Below are positions 51,360 through 63,160 of a DNA stretch of 64,000 nt, one piece after another (position 1 is the stretch's first letter; the number at the start of each line of letters is the position of its first letter). A program made the translations under genes and the position numbers. The stretch comes from Eledone cirrhosa (lineage: Eukaryota), in the NCBI GenBank assembly GCA_964016885.1, contig OZ024740.1, positions 287,060,001 through 287,124,000 of the forward strand, given 5' to 3'. Under the pieces are notes generated by a model. That model did not search any database. It was not told where the DNA came from and saw only the letters and a list, made by a program, of their open reading frames with translations.

Positions 51360-52044
51360 GCATTCTATTGAGGATGGGATTAATTTTTGCTATGTGTGTA
51401 GCTTCTTTGATCTGTCTGAATGTTGCATTGGCCTTGTGTATGGATTTGATTTCCACCTTGACATTATCCAGAGTCCCCCATCCTTATTGTAGTTGAGCCT
51501 TTTGGTAGAGTACTGATGAGTTTGTCTTGTCTTTGAATTCCTACCAGTATTCCTTCATCCTTCCATTTCCACATATTTTCCTATGTATGCCATGGTCTTC
51601 TTGTTACATTGTCCCTCTGTGCATCTTATGTTGTATATAACGCTTCTAGTTTTACAGTGTATCTGTGGGCTTACCTTACAGACTACGCAAGTTCTATCTC
51701 TATAGAGGGTTTTCTTAAAAGAGTAAGTTTTGCTGATTAGGGATTTGATGGAAATACCTGTTTTTTATACTACCCTAATTTTAAGTTTCACTTTGTCTCT
51801 GGGGTTAGCATTGACAAACATCACAGTTTGGTATTTTTTGTTGTCATTCCATGTGTTGACCTTATCTGCCTTCTTCATTACCCTCGCTATTCTGTTCCAT
51901 GATTTGCTTCTATAGATGAGGCACAGGATTTCAAATCAACTCACTTGCCTATCATTTACAACTAGCTTTACAGCACTGGTATGTTCACTTATCTTGTTTA
52001 TAGTATTGCTGTTCAGTATTCTATTCTTTTAGGTATCAGTCTTA
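51360..52044 (-). mobile_element. Penelope-like element remnant (GIY-YIG endonuclease)
   Basis: Reverse strand reads CVVC...HCKTRSVIYNIRCTEGQCNKKTMAYIG, then after frameshifts RQIKEATHIAKINPILNR: VIY-YIG motif, catalytic E and LN. Confidence 0.75.
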
Positions 52045-52079
<35 letters not shown>

Positions 52080-52273
52080 CTATGACCTAATCACTTTACC
52101 AGAATGCAATTGTTTCAGTTTTCAACACAGGACCTCAGATCAAGTCATTTGCCAATCAAGTGCAATGGTATAATAAATAACATTTCATTTACTTTTGTCA
52201 ATTTGTCATTTGATATATGTCTGTTGCTCATTTGGTCATTTGTCTCAGTGAGTAGCCTGCTCTTTGTAACATC

Positions 52274-52313
<40 letters not shown>

Positions 52314-54030
52314 AGCAGTATTTGTCCTTTCTCCTCATTCTTTCCATACCAATGTACTTTGTATATTCTGTTGTCTACCCCTCTTTCATTTTAGCAATGT
52401 TTCTCGCCCCTTCCTCTATCCAACTGGCTATGTCTTTCCTCATATTTTTCTTCTCTTTTTTGTCACTCTTTTTAAGGTTTTAGAACACACATGCATGGAC
52501 ACAACAGATTTTATAGTACATAATAATATTCATATGTGCTTACATACTACCATGAATGTACTCACATAGACACACGTATTGATATACTATGTATTTGGAA
52601 TAAAATAGGATGTAGAACCTTTAATCTACTTTCCATCTTTTACATTTTGTATCACTGCTGTTGTTACTACCACCACAACTAATATAACTACAGTACTGCT
52701 TCAACTGCTGCTACTGTTACTAACAATGCTACTACTACCAATACTACTACTATTACTACTAAAGTCATTAAAAGGAAGTGAGGTATGGAGCGTGAAAAAA
52801 ATTACACACACTTATAAATACATACACATACACACATATTTATATATACATATACACACACACATGCACCCAATCACATGAAAATATATTTACACTTATG
52901 TACATATTCATATATTACATAAGCATGCATATCCATACACACGTGCATATATGCATAGACAAATCATGTACACATATACACAAACTCACAGCCAACCTAT
53001 TTTCAAGCATGGGGCAGCAGGCATAAAAATTGTGATGATATTGATGATGATGCTGATGATGATGATGGTGATGGCATAAAGAAATTATGAGAAGTTTGGA
53101 TGAGTGATGAGGTGTGTAAAGATGTGTGAAGGGAGAGGGAGGGAATATATATATGGTTTTGTGAAGAGGGTGTAGAGTGTATAAGGATGTGTGTAGGGTG
53201 TGTCTGCTGGAGTAGAGGATGTGTAATGGTCCATAGTACCTGATTCCAGAGTCCTCAACTAAATTTTGAACTTTCCTCAAACAAAAACCTATAAATTTTA
53301 TTCAAATGTGGTATTTCCAAAAATGTGTCCCCTTTTTCTATGTCACACACACACATACACATGCACACACACCCACATTCATACACACTCATTAAAAAAT
53401 ACTCATTTAGACACACACACACATGTTAGCTGTATAAGGTGGGAAAGCCAATGAGGGAGACTCTGTGGTCACTAGACCTGCAAGAAATAGGAGCTAAATC
53501 ACATTCACATTCTACTAACTTTAAAAAAAAAGTGATGAGTCTGGAAAAAGTGATATGATGGTCATAGATGGAACACCTTTGACTGTACATAGGCACACTT
53601 GATATTGGTTAACTAATAACTAAATAACAACAACAACAAAATATGCTTAGACTGGATTTGAAATCATGAAGCTTCATTTCAACGTTCTAATCTACTGAAT
53701 CAATGTTGTTATATAATCGATATAGGGTGTAGGATTGGCAGAGCTGAGAGGATTCTTTAGTTGTGTCAAGGGTACAACAACTGCTCTAGTATTGGTGCCT
53801 TTCTAAAATGCACCTAGTACATTCTGTAAAGTGGTTTGTGATAAGAAGGGCATCCAGTCATAAAAAACTTGCCAAACAAAGAGTCAACAATTGTGTCAAA
53901 CGCATAACAACTTTCCTAATGCTGGTGCCACAATAAAATGCACTCAGTACCCTCTGTAGGGTGCAGGAATGTATGTAAGCAAAATGGTCTGTCTGAAACT
54001 ACTAACTTAGTCTGAGATGTCCCATCCAAC

Positions 54031-54253
54031 CTTTGGTAGCAGGGAATATATGTTAAGCGGTGATGGTTAGAGTGTCAGAGAAATACTTTGGTAGCAGGGA
54101 AAATATATGTTAAGCGATGATGGTTAGTGTCAGAGAAATACTTTGGTAGCAGGGAAAATATATGTTAAGCGATGATGGTTAGTGTCAGAGAAATACTTTG
54201 GTAGCAGGGAAAATATATGTTAAGCGATGATGGTTAGAGTGTCAGAGAAATAC
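54031..54253. repeat. 55-bp x4 tandem repeat
   Basis: ctttggtagcaggga.. starts at 54031, 54086, 54141 and 54196. Confidence 0.95.
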
Positions 54254-54444
54254 CTTGCAGTATTTGTTCTGGTTCTTAATGTTCTGAGTTCCAAATCCTT
54301 TCATAAAGTACAAGTAAAGTACTGTGGTAAATTCAACTAAATTAATTCCTCCCTTCAAATTTGTTGGCCTTGTGTCTAAATTAGAAATCATATAACTGAT
54401 ACTTATTTCATCAACTGTGACTGGAATGAATGACAAAGTGAGAT

Positions 54445-54990
54445 TTAAGTCTTTAGCATTTAATATTACTCTATATATCATCATCATCATCATTTCATTT
54501 TATGTCCGCTTTTTCTCTGCTTGCAAGGGTGGGACGGGAACTGATTCTGGCTTGATTTCTACAGCTGGATGCCCTTCCTAACACCAACCTCATTTACAGT
54601 GAGTGCTGGGTGCTTTTTTGCCGTGGCACCTCCACGACCACTTTACAGTGGAATGATAGGGACCCCAGTACTATCATCTCATTTCTACAGCTGAGTAAAC
54701 TGGAGCAATGTGAAATAAAGTGTCTTGCTCAAGGAAACAACACATCACCCGGTCTGAGAATTGAACTCACAACCTTTCGATTGCAAGGCCAATGCTCTAA
54801 CCACTAAGCTATTGTATTTTCATGGTAAAGGATTTATCTCACATAATATCGAATCTATGAGATTTTGATATTATTTATTTTGAGAACAATACCACACCGT
54901 CAGTATGAGTTGCCGGTTACAACCGGTTTGAATAGAAAGAGGTGAGAGAATTCTGGCCGGACGTAGCCAATCTAAATGCTAAAGGGTTAA
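54445..54990 (-). mobile_element. TTAA MITE family A split by a SINE insertion
   Basis: Left end ttaagtctttagcattt..ctctatata; the remainder resumes at about 54811 (attgtattttcatggtaaagg) and runs to aaatgctaaagggttaa. Confidence 0.8.
54478..54810 (-). mobile_element. SINE family 2 nested in a TTAA MITE
   Basis: Reverse complement of 27390-27715. Confidence 0.88.
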
Positions 54991-55383
54991 ACTCAGACCT
55001 TGGAATACCAGATTAACTATACTGAATAGCAAGGGCAAGGCATTTAGTCTAGTATTCTTCCATTTCTCCTGCTCTACTACCTTTCATTAGAGCTTATAGT
55101 TGTAATTCAACTTCAAAAATGTAGACATATGATCTCTTGGTAAGAGGAATAGATGGCATAGCATTCCACACTCCTTTATTAATCTCAGACGTAATATGTA
55201 TTTGAGAATTATCATTGTGATAGTGGTGGTAATGGTGGCAGAGTCACAATATAGATGTTCAGATTTCCAATTCAGCTCAGGTTTCTCTTTTTGCCCTACC
55301 TCTCTCTCTTTATTTTCCTGTTCATCTACTTATCGATGTATCTACTGATCCATTTATCCATCTGGCTATTTAGCAAACAAAGG

Positions 55384-55625
55384 CAGTGTTTCCTAAACTT
55401 ATTTTATCATGGAACTCATACTTATATTTTACAGACAACCCCTTCAACCCCTAATTTTTATAGGACATTAAATAAAACCCAAATTGTTTTAGACAGAGAA
55501 TATATTCAAATAAAAAAAAATAATTTTTTATGAAATTTAATTTAAAAAAACACTTTATCTTGTGGAAACTCAGGGTTTTTTCACTGAACCCTGGGATTCC
55601 TTTGAACCTACTTTGGGAAATACTG
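55384..55625. mobile_element. hAT-like MITE (degenerate)
   Basis: Ends cagtgtttcctaaa / tttgggaaatactg; TSD only partly conserved. Confidence 0.6.
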
Positions 55626-55845
55626 CCCTAAGGAGTTGGTAAGTTAGTATGAACCAATAAAAGAATAGGACTTCAGAAAATTTTTTTCATCCTTCTTCAT
55701 TTCCTCCTCCTCCTCCTCCTCCTCTGCCGCCGATTGTTTTCTATCACCGACTCTGGCTTGTTGTTGTTGTTGGTGGTGGTGTTGTTGTTGCTGCTGCTGC
55801 TGCTGTTGTTGTTGCAACCCCCCCCCCCCCCCCCCCCCTCCCCCC

Positions 55846-56200
55846 AATGGACTCTTATTGATATTGCAGTACGTCAAGACCACAATGTGGTTAAAAAGGA
55901 AATGGAAAAGATCAATAAGTATGCAGACGTTGCAGGTGCTATTAGAACTGAACACCATGTAGAAACAGACGTCGTGCCAATCATCATTGGGGCGCTAGGC
56001 ACCGTCTCTAAACACCTTATGTCTTTCATCTAAAGCCTTGGGATCCCTGAATTCATAAGCAGTGCCCAAATTTCTACCATCACTAGCACTGCCAAAATCC
56101 TTCACGATATATTGAGCCTCTGAGATCAGGGACTGATCTGAGGTCAATTAACGCTTCATCTAGCAACCAATTGCTAGAGAAACCTTACACTAAAAAAGAA
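55846..56200 (+). mobile_element. R4/Dong-like non-LTR retrotransposon 3' fragment (restriction-like endonuclease)
   Basis: LIDIAVRQDHNVVKKEMEKINKYADV...VVPIIIGALGTV...STAKILHDILSL*, typical of the RLE C-terminus; short UTR ending in an A-tract. Confidence 0.8.
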
Positions 56201-56230
56201 TTATTATTATTATTATTGTTATTATTATTG

Positions 56231-56660
56231 TTGATTAACTTTTTCAAGTTTCACTTGAAGAGGAAAATCAGAGTGGAGAGGCAAGTGCTGCCCTCTAGCA
56301 AGTTTGTTGAAAGGTGGGTGAATGTAGCGAGAATGGTCCGAGTGAACGGGACCACTCTGAATATACGTCTGTAGTTTGAGAGATGGAAAAATTGAGAGAG
56401 GGCGCTTGCCCTGGTAGTCAGGGGGTGGCCGTGGTCTTTTGTGTGGTTTTCGCCACGAGTAACCCTCGGAGGTTTCCCCCCTATTGGGGAATTTTTCATT
56501 GTTTCAATTTTCATTTTATTGTTTATATATATGTTTTATGTCTTTTTTCTTTTCTTATATAAATAATAAAAATATTTACACGCACAAAACCCACATCGTA
56601 CCGTCCTGTTCCGTCTGTGATGTTTTTCTTGATGTCAGCCCTTGTGGCCAATAAAGAAAT
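56231..56660 (+). mobile_element. Tx1/L1-like LINE 3' end (ORF2 C-terminus plus 3' UTR)
   Basis: LINFFKFHLKRKIRVERQVLPSSKFVERWVNVARMVR...stop, then a UTR ending cttgtggccAATAAAgaaat; flanked by (TTA)n; homologous copy at 44595-45165. Clade assignment is from memory. Confidence 0.6.
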
Positions 56661-56790
56661 CATTATTATTGTTGTTTTATTATTATTGTTATTATTACTA
56701 TTATTATTATAAATAAATAATAAATAAAGAAATCATTATCATCATCCATCATTATGATTATTTGTGTTTTGTGTATTTTTATTTTTAGAG

Positions 56791-56949
56791 ATGGAGGACA
56801 CAAAGAAAGAAAACATTGCAAATATATTTGAAAAGCTGGATGTATCTGGAGACAATGTCTATGTTCTAGCATTAGATATCGGCACGACAATGATACGGGC
56901 TTACGTGTATGATAGGAATATTAACATTATTGGTTCATTTCACACGAAG
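56791..56949 (+). CDS. GK5: Glycerol kinase 5-like (FGGY carbohydrate kinase), first coding exon
   Basis: Pyrimidine tract plus AG acceptor (56787-56788) just before ATG; GT donor aag|gttagt at 56950. Encodes MEDTKK...VYVLALDIGTTMIRAYVYDRNINIIGSFHTK, with the FGGY phosphate-1 motif (LxLDxGTT), and aligns from memory with vertebrate GK5 FVLGLDVGSSVIRCHVYDRAARVCGSSVQK. Confidence 0.85.
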
Positions 56950-58083
56950 GTTAGTGATATTATGTTTCTTGTTCTGTATTACCTTCCGTTCATTTTGTTT
57001 ATGGCACCAATATGATTAATAACCTATTTCCTCTTCCTCTACCACCATCACCGCTATGCAATATGGCACCAATAATAATACCTTACATCCTGCTTCTGCT
57101 TTCTCTTTCAATCTCACACCCTCTTCCTTTCTCTCATTACCCCCTCTCTCATCTATCTTTATCATTCAATATTCTCATGTATTGAGTAGGGTGGATCTTC
57201 TCCCCCAGTCCCTTTCTACCTCCCCCTTCAGAAAAAACTAGCATGTATATGTCTGTATGTATATGGTGAATATACATGAATGTGTGTGTGTCCATATTTA
57301 CATATATATTCATAATGTATATCCAGATGTGTGCACAGAGTTGACCTTGGGTTAAACAACAAAAAGTATATCTTTATTTATATCAGCCTTCTCCCTATCA
57401 TATGTCATAATATCTTGCTAACTAGTCAACATCTGCAGGATATCCCTCCATCCAGCTGAGAAATGCTCCAGTTAGCCAGAACCACATACCCCATTCCCAA
57501 ACCATCCTCTTAACAAACCACTCCCCCATTTTATTTCTGGCCACCCACACACATACAGAACTATACTGCATTCAAAACAAACCTTCACCCACCCAGTACC
57601 ATTGTTACAAACCCTAACCCTCATTCATTCCTACCACTCATGACCACACTTTTTCTTTCTATTTCTCCTCTCCCTTTCTCACTTGCTCAATCTCTCTCAT
57701 CTTTCATATTTATTTTCTATATCTTAGAGAATCTGAACTACTCATCCATCAAATGATATGTTGATCCTGCTAACAGGTGGTGTGTTAGATAAGGCACACT
57801 TCTCTTAGTTTTTATTAATGCCATGCAATGGCTGTGAATCCGTCTTTCACAGTTCAGTTGTTCTTGTTTAGCAGAATGATGCCAAAACATTCATCTATCT
57901 ATCCAATTGTTGCTGTTGTTTAACCACAGGTCAGTCCTGATTGAGCAGATCTATTATTAAAAGGCATTCCATCTTTGACCTTCTTGACTTTTTTTTATAT
58001 CAGGAACCACTTTTTTAAGACAGTAGGATGAGATGTGAGGAGATTTGTCTGCTGTATTTAGCAAGTCAAATGACTATGTAGTG

Positions 58084-58424
58084 CGGGGTTTCTCAGTCTG
58101 GGCGATACCGCCCACCTGCGGGCGATTTCAACTGTTGGGTGGCCAATGAGCAACTGAACAGAAAGTGGTGGGCGATATAGGATTTTGAATATTAAGAAAG
58201 TGTTTCAACATACGCTACCCAACAAACAAATATTCAAAAGAGATATGCAAAGAACCTGTTTAAAAAAAAAAAAAACTGGAGGCTAAATGGGAATAATGAA
58301 TCAGTAACAAATTTTTACTAAACCTTTTTGGTATACTTTTGAATATTTACTATAAAGGTGGCCAGTGGAAATTTTTCCATGTGAAAGCGGGTGATGACGC
58401 AAAAAAAAAAGTTGGGAACCCCTG
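58084..58424. mobile_element. hAT/Charlie-type MITE
   Basis: Ends cggggtttctcag / gttgggaacccctg; 8-bp TSD atgtagtg vs ctgtagtg (7/8); inserted into an old dispersed repeat (57915-58450). Confidence 0.75.
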
Positions 58425-61052
58425 CTGTAGTGGAACCCTTATTTGCTTGTCAGCAATCATGCACCAAAGTCATGCAGTCAATCAGCCCAATGTTTGATAA
58501 TCATTAAGTCACTAATACAGTACATCCACTAGCTCACAGGCATGCTGTTTCCTATCTTTTCTTCTTTTATCACTACCATAATGGCATGTGCTCCCATGAA
58601 GTGGCTGACCTACCCATCTTTTCTGCTCCCAACACTCTCACTGTGTCTCACCTCTCATCACTCTCCCCAAGGCACACCTCTCTGCACTAAAGCCCTCGTC
58701 CAGTTTTTTTCTCTATGACTGCCACCATCTGGAATCCTCTCCTTGCCCATGTTTTTCCTGAAACATAGATCTACAATTTACAAATATTCAAACTGAACAT
58801 CAACTGCATCAATCTCATCAGTCTTGGAATACCTGAAAAATGCCATTGGCAATGACCCTTTCACTCTGGCTAACTTCTAAAAACAAAAATGACCTAAATT
58901 ACATATATTCATATATTCCAATATAATTATATAATCTGAAACTAATAAGTATTAATTATCAAATACTTAATTTTAAAATGTTATTACAGTTACACCTCAA
59001 ACAAATAATAGCCATCAAACTAACTCACTAACACACAAAACCATTCAGGAAATCTTGTCCCTTTTCTCTTTTATTCCCATTTTCCTCTCTCAAAGCTGTA
59101 TACTAAACACTAGACTTTTTTTCCAAGCATTTCCCCAAGAACTTGTATTGCTCTGGAACCCACTATACTAAAAAAACAAAAACAAAACAATCCTTTTGCT
59201 ACTAACCCCCACTGAATCCTACCCAGGTTCTATTATATATTATACAAAATTGTTTTAAAGTGCTTATTTTTTATCTAAAACCCTTCCTTTATAACTTTAT
59301 GTAAGAAATTTGTATTAAGTTATGCTTTAAATGCCAGTTTCATAATGAGAAAGTTAGATATTTTGCTTGAATATTTTCAAAATTATTTGAAAATTATAGG
59401 CAGTGTTTTTTTTAATTAGAAATATGGTAATGAAAGGGTTAAACTAAAAGTGTCAGGAAGAATACAGGAACCACATGTGTATCTTTGTTCACTCAAGAAG
59501 GCATGAAAGGAATTATGGCTGGAGAACAGACAAATCTACTTACATGGGCTGAACAGAAAATGAACTTCTGTGAACATTTTAGTCTGCCATATCCTCTTCA
59601 CAAACTCTGTCTACTCTATCACACAGAAGGGTCTGCAGTAGTTATGGCTACTCTTCTTTTTCATCCTTAGATCAATAAATAAAACCTGTATGTGTGTATG
59701 TATGCAAGTGTACACACATATACACACTCTCTCTCCGACACACACACAGACACAATATGTAATATGCCACTTTCTAAATGGCCATGCTGGCTTTGGCTAT
59801 GTACTGTCAATGGCAGAGGAGGTCCTGGCAGATGATTAAGGTAGGGCATGTTCATTTGAGATACATGTAGGATGAAGGCAGCTTAGATTAAAACTTAGAA
59901 AACTTGGTCTCATAAATGAAATAAAGTTGGACTGAGATGAATGAAAACATACTGGGTTGTATGTCTTCAAACCAATGCCAGCATGGAAAATTGAAATATT
60001 TAACTTGAATGAGTTTAAGGTCTTTTTTAACAAAGTGTCAACTACCTATCCTTTTAATATTATGTTAAATAATGCTCACTCAGGGCTGACATGCAGCTAC
60101 ATAACAACCATGAGTCAACCACTTAGTCTGTTAAACTGTTAGATTTTGATGGGTCTGCAAATATATATATTTATATGTAAATTGCTAAGATTGTTCTTCA
60201 TAGCTCAGACAACTTTCCAGCACAGAAGTGAAAATTAGCTACCTTAAAAAAGAAAAAAAAAATAGAAAAGAAAAAAATCACCATTAAATTATTATTTTGA
60301 GTCTATTTTTCATCTTTCATCAGATTAAACCAAGTAATCTTGCCTAAGGTTACAATGTAAATGTGTAAAGTCAGAGTTGTATCTAATTATCATCTAAATA
60401 AATCAAAATAACTAGAGCTATGTAGCTAAACATATACCCCAAAGCATCATTAAAAAGTTCAATATAATATGTACCAATCTTTTCTCAACTTCAACAAGCT
60501 TAGAAATGTCAAAAGCTTTCAATTCTTAACAGCCTGGTTTCTTGATACACCATTAATAGATTAATTGGTTAACAAGCTGTTAAGATATAATTGGTTATTG
60601 TACTCTTAAGGTACTGAGTGATCAGCTCACTGTTAACAGACTAAGTGGTTATCATGTATTAGAAAACCTGACATTTGTAAGGTCAAACAATGTTCAAAGT
60701 GTATCGCTGACATTTCTTCTTAGGCAATACAAATATTCTCTTGCCCACTATAAATTAAATAAGATGCCCCCCACCCCACCTCAGCGTTGGGTGTTTAACA
60801 GTATGCAGGACACTGAATGGCTGAAAGAATCAGTTACTTGGTCAATTCACATGTAAATATCAAAATTTACTAACCCAGCCAATCCAAGTTAGTGTGGATA
60901 AGTGGATGTACAATCACAGGCACAAAAATAGTTTTTCTATTTAACAGTGATTTTTTTTCTAGGAAGGTTTTATTTTGTTTACCTTTTTTTATACGTTTTA
61001 CCAAATTTTAATCCCTAAAGATTGCTGAACTTTCCTTTGACCCCCACTTCAG

Positions 61053-61146
61053 GCAAAATTACTTCACCCTCAACCGACGTTCTGTGAGATTGATCCAGAC
61101 ACTCTGTACAATCAAGTTATATATTGTCTAGATGGCTGTATGAAAG
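61053..61146 (+). CDS. GK5: GK5-like second coding exon (94 nt)
   Basis: Acceptor cccccacttcag| and donor aaag|gtaag. A phase-0 join to the previous exon gives AKLLHPQPTFCEIDPDTLYNQVIYCLDGCMK, resembling GK5 VENLYPQIGWVEIDPDVLWIQFVAVIKEAVK (PQxxxxEIDPDxL). Not in the ORF track. Confidence 0.85.
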
Positions 61147-62329
61147 GTAAGCTTTACTTTAGTTGTCTAACTATCTAGATTTCTTTCTATTAAAGAAGCC
61201 CTTCTTGACATACAATTGACTATGACTCCAAAATAGGGGCTGGTACTAATGTTCCTATTGGAAAATTAACCCCCTGTATAAATTACTGGTATTAAAAAGA
61301 TTTCACTTTTGACATTTATGGAATAAATTACCTTAATAATAAGTACATTGAAAGTAGAGCCATCTTGTTAGTGTTTCTACAATGGCTCCAAGTCAACAGA
61401 AGGAACTGGACCTGATGTAGGAACTGATAAAACATCTGTGTCAATTTCACAGGCTTGCCATAAGCCAATGATGGATTTGCCTGCCATAAACCAATGATGG
61501 ATTTACTCTGTTAAATATAGCTGTCAAATTTCCCTCAAATCAATCCCTACCACCTTAAAAGAAGCAGATATTAATGTAGTCATAGAAAACGACTGGATTA
61601 TTACAACCAGAATACATTTGACCTTAGGTATGCTGCATCAGGGATGATCTAGGACAAGATAAAAGTATAATAGTGTTACTACTACATCTAATTTACAGCA
61701 GCTATGTAGATTGGGCTGTTGAAAATGAAATCTTTTGACCATACTGTATGACACTATTGACTGGATATTAACTGGTAATTCCTTAGCTACTTGTCTACCC
61801 TTTTCTTCTCTGTATAATGTTAGGTATGAATTTATCTAGGTTTTAAATCATTTATCTTCAGTTTAGGGTGTAGAATTCTTAGGACATTTAGTATTAGTTA
61901 TTAATCTTATATGACAGACATATTACAGAATATCTAACTAAAATTGCCCCATTTGACAAAAAGTTTCTCTATTAGTTACAAAAATAATATTCTGGTTCTC
62001 CATTTTCTGTTAGAAATAGTGTTGAACTTTGTTTAGGGTCCTTCTATGTGTGATTTGTGTGTGTTTTTTTGTATGCATGTGTGTATAGATATGTGATTCC
62101 ACCTACTCCACTTTCAGTAGCCTTCATTCCATCAGAATAAGAACATCCATCACATGTTGATTCTTTCAGCTTGTTGGATCTACACTGTATCCTATATCAT
62201 TGGCTGAATTATCTGCTGATTCTTTTATAAAGAAGCACAACTGGATATGTTACTTTATTCTATGTGTGTAAACCATTAAAGTTTGAAAGTTAGAGGGAAG
62301 ATGTTTATTTAACACACAGCAACATGTAA

Positions 62330-63160
62330 CAACATCATCTTGCATCCCTCTCTAACATCACACATTATTATGCAGATGATACCATCATTCATCCATTAAC
62401 CTCCCACTCATAGGTATCATTTGATGCAACCTACACACCCCTATACCAGACCTGCACTAGCTTCATAAAAAGCTTGAAAATCTCTTTCAATGGGGACATG
62501 ACAACGTATCTCTGTTAATAGCTCAAAGATAATCACTGCACATATTTTGGAAACAGTCATGTATGTCCTTGTCTCTAGTCATGAATAGCATTCAACTAAA
62601 GTCTTCAATGTTACTACAAAGGCTAGGCCTCACATCTCTGATGATCTCTGAAAGTGACCTCATATATATCATATTGCCAAAACCGTATAAAAAACAGTAG
62701 AATTCCTTTTTAGGATCAGGAAATACCTGAGTTATTGATGCTCAAATCAAGTAAGACCTCTACTGGAATGCTGTTCTTATATCTGGGATGGTGTTGATAC
62801 TACATACACAGATAGCCTGAACCATATTCCAAAGAAGATTATTTAACTGATTGGCAAAGTCTCATTTCTTAACACACTACAACCTTTGTCCTACAGATGT
62901 TCTCTCTCCCCGTGCTGCCTCTTCTACTGCTACTATATCAGTATCTGCTCTTTTGAAACAGCTAGCTGCATACTTTCTCCACCCTAGCCCACCTGTCGCT
63001 TCCTCACATCTTTCTGAAACAATGCAAAACCCTGCACTAAATACATCACCCAATTGGTTTCTCTCCAGAACTACAACCCTGCAGAATTCCTTCCTTGTTC
63101 ATGCATTTCTTGCAAATATTGGTCTGAAAATGTTCAAACTGAACATCAATCTCACTAACT
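62330..63160 (+). mobile_element. Heavily degraded CR1/L2/Jockey-type LINE (RT C-terminal part)
   Basis: HYYADDT at 62363-62383, LGL and LECCSYIWDG remnants, and a 3' end aatgttcaaactgaacatcaa shared with 58600-58820 (+) and about 2685-2800 (-). Confidence 0.6.

Noticed and set aside
62170-62208. Candidate GK5 third exon after ttctttcag
   Set aside because: The required phase hits a stop after 12 codons and lacks the expected GISTQR motif.
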